From positions 1,735-65,734 of the forward strand of contig CANQTX010000004.1 in the NCBI GenBank assembly GCA_947626885.1: DNA of 64,000 bases. Reading direction: 5' to 3'. Under the pieces are notes generated by a model. It saw only the letters and a list, made by a program, of their open reading frames with translations. It did not search any database and was not told the origin of the DNA. Below are positions 60,033-64,000 of the stretch, piece after piece. The position numbers and the translations under genes were made by a program. This stretch comes from an uncultured Clostridia bacterium (GTDB taxonomy: Bacteria; Bacillota; Clostridia; TANB77; CAG-508). Within the stretch, counting starts at the first letter, position 1, and each line of letters starts with the position of its first letter.

Positions 60033-60083
60033 AAAATTCATAAAATACTTGATTTTTCAATAAAAATATAGTAAAATTTTTAC

Positions 60084-60150
60084 TGTAGAAAGTACCATAT
60101 ACTTAGTTAAAGAAAAAAACCTACTTGATACTCAGTTTATGGCAAATTTA
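60084..60150 (+). promoter_or_regulatory. Putative S15 autoregulatory leader
   Basis: Lies after TTGATT-17-TAAAAT (60049-60077). CCATA (60095) pairs with TATGG (60138), closing an irregular stem just upstream of the rpsO RBS. Confidence 0.45.
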
Positions 60151-60170
60151 AATAATAGGAGGAATTTATT

Positions 60171-60434
60171 ATGACAAAGGAAAGAAAACAAGAAATTATT
60201 GCTATGTATAAAAGAGAGGAAAATGATACGGGTTCTCCAGAAGTTCAAATAGCTCTTTTAACAGAAAGAATTTCAGAGTTGACAGAACATTTAAAAATTC
60301 ACACAAAGGATAATCATTCCAGAAGAGGTCTTTTAAAAATGGTTGGTAAACGTAGAAATTTATTGAACTATTTGGCAAAGAAAGATATGAATAGATATAG
60401 AGAAATTGCACAAAAATTATCTTTAAGAAAATAA
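60171..60434 (+). CDS. rpsO: 30S ribosomal protein S15
   Basis: [13 protein letters not shown] and [14 protein letters not shown]. Confidence 0.98.
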   Translation: MTKERKQEIIAMYKREENDTGSPEVQIALLTERISELTEHLKIHTKDNHSRRGLLKMVGKRRNLLNYLAKKDMNRYREIAQKLSLRK

Positions 60435-60441
60435 AAAAACG

Positions 60442-60494
60442 CCAGCGGGTTACGGGTTAAATTCATGATTCATTATAACAACGCTGGTTTTTTT
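60442..60494 (+). terminator. Terminator after rpsO
   Basis: CCAGCG...CGCTGG followed by T7, with an irregular extended loop. Confidence 0.6.
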
Positions 60495-60546
60495 ATTTAT
60501 CATAATATTCTTGATTTATAGTTCGTTATATAGTAAAATAATTGTG

Positions 60547-60671
60547 GCTATTTATTTGAAAACGTAGCTTGTACAATATGTTATATAAGAAGAAGTCAAA
60601 AAAATAAGGCAAGCATATTTTAAATATTTTGTAAAATAATATATTGTAGAGGTTACATTTCAAATAAAAGC
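60547..60671 (+). promoter_or_regulatory. Long irregular hairpin in the pnp 5' leader
   Basis: TTTATTTGAAA/TTTCAAATAAA, GTAGCTT/AGGTTAC and TACAATAT/ATATTGTA. Own promoter TTGATT-17-TAAAAT at 60511-60539. Confidence 0.65.
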
Positions 60672-60698
60672 TGATTGGAAATAAGGAGGAAATGTAAA

Positions 60699-62807
60699 AT
60701 GTTTAAAAGTTACAGTATGGAATTAGCTGGAAGAAATCTTACCTTAGAAGTCGGGAAGATGGCAGGACTAGCTAATGGAAGCGTTTTAGTAAAATATGGT
60801 GATACTACTGTTTTAGTTAATGTTACTGCTTCAAAAGAACCAAAGGAAGGAATTGATTTTTTCCCTTTGTCTGTTGATTATGAAGAACGATTATATGCAG
60901 TTGGAAAAATTCCAGGAGGTTTTACCAAAAGAGAAGGAAAGCCAGCAGATAAAGCAATTTTAGTGGCAAGAGCAATTGATAGACCAATTAGACCACTGTT
61001 TCCTAAAGATTTTAGAAATGATGTAGTTGTTAGTTGTTTAGTATTGTCTGTAGAACAAGATTGTTCTCCTGAAATATGTGCTATGATTGGAACATCTGCA
61101 GCATTATCAATTTCAGATATTCCATTTGGCGGGCCAACAGCTGCTGTAGCTGTTGGTTATGTAGATGATAAAATTATTATCAATCCAACAGAAGAACAAA
61201 GAAAATATAGCCGATTGACATTAACAGTTGCTGGAACGGCAGATAAAATTGCAATGATAGAAGCAGGAGCAGATGAAATTCCAGACAATACCATGTTAGA
61301 GGCAATTAAAACGGCACATATAGAAATTAAAAAAATTTGTGAATTTATTAAGAATATGAAAAAAGAAGTAGGAAAACCTAAATTTACCTATCAATCTTTT
61401 GCTGTCAATGAAGAGGTTTACGAAGTAATTGCCAATGCATTTGCAGAAAGAATGAAACAAGATGTACAGACACCAGATAAACCAGAAAGAGATGCTAAAA
61501 TAGATGTTTTAACAGCAGATGTTAATCAGTGGTATATAGAAAAATTTGGAGAAGAAAAAGCAGAAGAAGATAAAAAAGATATTGCAGAGGCTATTTATAA
61601 ATTAGAAAAAAAGACTGTTAGAAAATTAATCTTAGAAGAAGGAAAAAGAGTTGATGGTAGAGGGATTTATGATATTAGACCATTATCTTGCGAAGTAGGA
61701 TTAATTCCTAGAGTACATGGTAGTGGACTTTTTAATAGAGGTAGAACACAAGTACTATCAATTGTTACGTTAGGAATGAAAAGTGAAGAACAAATATTAG
61801 ACGGTTTAGATGTAGAAACCTCAAAAAGATATATGCATCAGTATAATTTTCCTGGTTATAGTGTTGGTGAAGCAAAATCATCTCGTGGACCAGGTAGAAG
61901 AGAAATTGGGCATGGTGCATTAGCAGAAAAAGCTCTAATTCCAGTATTACCAAGTGTAGAAGAATTCCCTTATACTATTAGAGTAGTATCTGAAATATTA
62001 AGTTCTAATGGTTCAACTTCTCAGGGGAGTATTTGTGCATCAACATTAGCATTAATGGATGCTGGTGTCCCTATTAAAAAACCTGTAGCCGGCATTTCAA
62101 CAGGATTAATTACAGATGACGATGATCCTAGTAAATATGTTGTCATAACAGATATACAAGGAATTGAAGATTTTTTTGGAGATATGGATTTTAAAGTAGG
62201 TGGAACCAAGGATGGTATTACAGCAATTCAAGTCGATATAAAAGTAGATGGTTTAAGTTATGAGGTTATTGCAGAAGCTTTTGCACGAACCGCAAAAGCA
62301 AGAGCTTATATATTAGATGAAATTATGATGCCACAAATTGCTAAGCCTAGAGAAGAAATTTCTCAATATGCACCAAAAATTGTTAACATGAAAATTCATC
62401 CAGATAAGATAAAAGATGTTATTGGTACTGGTGGAAAAGTAATTAATAAAATTATTGAAGAATCTGGAGTTAAAATTGATATTGAAGAAGATGGAAATAT
62501 TTATATTTATTCAGATAATATAGAAGCGGCAAAAATTGCCCAAGAAATGATAGAAGATATTACACGAGAAATTGAAGTAGGAGGTATTTATACAGGAATT
62601 GTTGTAAGGATAGCTACTTTTGGTGCTTTTATTGATTTAGGAAGTGGAAAAGAAGGATTATTACACATTTCTAAAATTTCTAATGAGAGAGTCAATAAAG
62701 TAGAAGATGTTTTGAAAGTTGGACAAGAAGTTACTGTAAAAGTTTATGATATTGATGGACAAGGCAGGATTAATTTGACAAGAAAAGATTTATATAGTGC
62801 AGAATAA
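60699..62807 (+). CDS. pnp: Polyribonucleotide nucleotidyltransferase
   Basis: DFFPLSVDYEE, RREIGHGALAE, SNGSTS, GDMDFKVGG, KH and S1 domains. ATG at 60699 follows GGAGGA. Confidence 0.98.
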   Translation: MFKSYSMELAGRNLTLEVGKMAGLANGSVLVKYGDTTVLVNVTASKEPKEGIDFFPLSVDYEERLYAVGKIPGGFTKREGKPADKAILVARAIDRPIRPLFPKDFRNDVVVSCLVLSVEQDCSPEICAMIGTSAALSISDIPFGGPTAAVAVGYVDDKIIINPTEEQRKYSRLTLTVAGTADKIAMIEAGADEIPDNTMLEAIKTAHIEIKKICEFIKNMKKEVGKPKFTYQSFAVNEEVYEVIANAFAERMKQDVQTPDKPERDAKIDVLTADVNQWYIEKFGEEKAEEDKKDIAEAIYKLEKKTVRKLILEEGKRVDGRGIYDIRPLSCEVGLIPRVHGSGLFNRGRTQVLSIVTLGMKSEEQILDGLDVETSKRYMHQYNFPGYSVGEAKSSRGPGRREIGHGALAEKALIPVLPSVEEFPYTIRVVSEILSSNGSTSQGSICASTLALMDAGVPIKKPVAGISTGLITDDDDPSKYVVITDIQGIEDFFGDMDFKVGGTKDGITAIQVDIKVDGLSYEVIAEAFARTAKARAYILDEIMMPQIAKPREEISQYAPKIVNMKIHPDKIKDVIGTGGKVINKIIEESGVKIDIEEDGNIYIYSDNIEAAKIAQEMIEDITREIEVGGIYTGIVVRIATFGAFIDLGSGKEGLLHISKISNERVNKVEDVLKVGQEVTVKVYDIDGQGRINLTRKDLYSAE

Positions 62808-63051
62808 AAAAATATTTTTTGCATAAGTTAAAGAATAAGTTAAAAAATATTGATAAATGCTTCTATAGTAAGAATTTGTTATGATATTTATACAAAAATT
62901 GTTAAGAAAATATAGATTCTGCAACGATTACAGTATTTTAGAAAAACAAAAATGAGGAAATTCTTAATTTTTGTTAAAAAACTTGAAATAATTTCCAATA
63001 ATTGGTATAATATTATAGTAAAAAGAAACTTATGAAAAAAGGAGTAAAAAG

Positions 63052-64000
63052 ATGAAGTACTTGTATCTTTTACAACAAGCTTTAATATGGATAATAACGA
63101 TATATTGGGCCTATCAAATTATTGTAAGTTTTTGTTCTCTCATAAAATTAAAAGACAAAAAATTACTAATTGAAAAAGAACATAAGTTTATGGCAATTGT
63201 ACCAGCACACAATGAAGAAATGGTGATAGCAAATTTAATAGAAAGTTTAAAGGAACAAAATTATCCTAAAAATTTATACGATATTTATGTAATAGCAGAT
63301 AATTGTACAGATGCTACTGCAGAGATTGCCAAAAAAGCGGGAGCAATTGTATTAAAAAGATTTGATAATACTCATAAAACAAAAGGGTTTGCTTTAAATT
63401 GGTTTCTAAAGCAAAAAATTGAAGAAAATGCAGATTATGATGCATTTTGTGTATTTGATGCTGATAATATTGTTGATAAAGATTTTCTAAAAAATATGAA
63501 TAAAAAACTTTGTCAGGGAGAAGAAGTTGTTCAAGGTTATAGAGACATAAAAAATCCTACAGATTCATGGATTTCTGCAGGATATGCAATTTTCTACTGG
63601 ACAATGCATCGTTTTTATCATTTAGCCAGATATAATTTGGGATTATCTCCGTTATTAAATGGAACTGGTTTTATGGTAAAGTTTGATCTCATTAAGCCTG
63701 ATGGTTGGCAAACCATAACTTTAACAGAAGATATTGAATTTTCTCTTATGAATATTGCACAAGGAAGAAAATTGGGATGGGCAGTAGATGCCATTGTATA
63801 TGATGAGCAACCAACTACTTTTAAGCAAAGTTGGTCGCAACGTTCAAGATGGACAGTTGGGCATCTTCAATGTATGAAATATTATACAAAAAAATTAGCA
63901 AATGGTGTAAAAGAGCATAAAACATTAATGAATTTTGATGGACTTTTATATATGTTTGGTATTCCTATGATGATATTAACCTTTTTGTTATTGGGTGTGA
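63052..64000 (+). CDS. Processive GT2 family glycosyltransferase, 3'-partial
   Basis: Manual translation gives an N-terminal TM, VPAHNEE, IADNCTD, FDADN, LTEDIE and QRSRW. RBS AAGGAG. The ORF runs off the window. Confidence 0.9.
   Translation, partial: MKYLYLLQQALIWIITIYWAYQIIVSFCSLIKLKDKKLLIEKEHKFMAIVPAHNEEMVIANLIESLKEQNYPKNLYDIYVIADNCTDATAEIAKKAGAIVLKRFDNTHKTKGFALNWFLKQKIEENADYDAFCVFDADNIVDKDFLKNMNKKLCQGEEVVQGYRDIKNPTDSWISAGYAIFYWTMHRFYHLARYNLGLSPLLNGTGFMVKFDLIKPDGWQTITLTEDIEFSLMNIAQGRKLGWAVDAIVYDEQPTTFKQSWSQRSRWTVGHLQCMKYYTKKLANGVKEHKTLMNFDGLLYMFGIPMMILTFLLLGV

Overview
Very AT-rich (about 27% GC by eye) chromosomal segment from a spore-forming Clostridia-type Firmicute. Almost all genes are on the + strand, as expected for a leading strand. 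It holds housekeeping genes (xerD, rny, sigH, tRNA-Thr, ychF, glmM, metG, tmk, fba, smpB, cysE, tyrS, rimP-nusA-ylxR-ylxQ-infB-rbfA-nrnA-truB, ispG, rlmH, rpsO, pnp) and an ABC-dependent surface-glycan locus that includes a pectate lyase and an O-antigen-ligase-like protein. It also has GT-C membrane proteins, a sortase, an LPXTG protein and a small higher-GC islet at tRNA-Thr. No CRISPR array, prophage or IS was seen. Main observations: (1) In-frame CGG codons are nearly absent; I found three by manual scan. One coincides exactly with a +1 frameshift that restores a family-typical C-terminus, one sits just before a stop codon, and one is in an apparently foreign gene. This suggests CGG-triggered +1 recoding. 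(2) An unannotated, GC-rich, densely structured ~290-nt transcript at 44.7-45.0 kb encodes a 31-aa peptide whose RBS is enclosed by a stem, and has a possible convergent antisense promoter. (3) There are several unusual proteins: a Wzc-type kinase with a long charged helical tail, an ABC permease-CAAX protease fusion, a stand-alone RNase H hybrid-binding domain and a Spo0E-like micro-protein. All calls come from reading the sequence; no searches were run.
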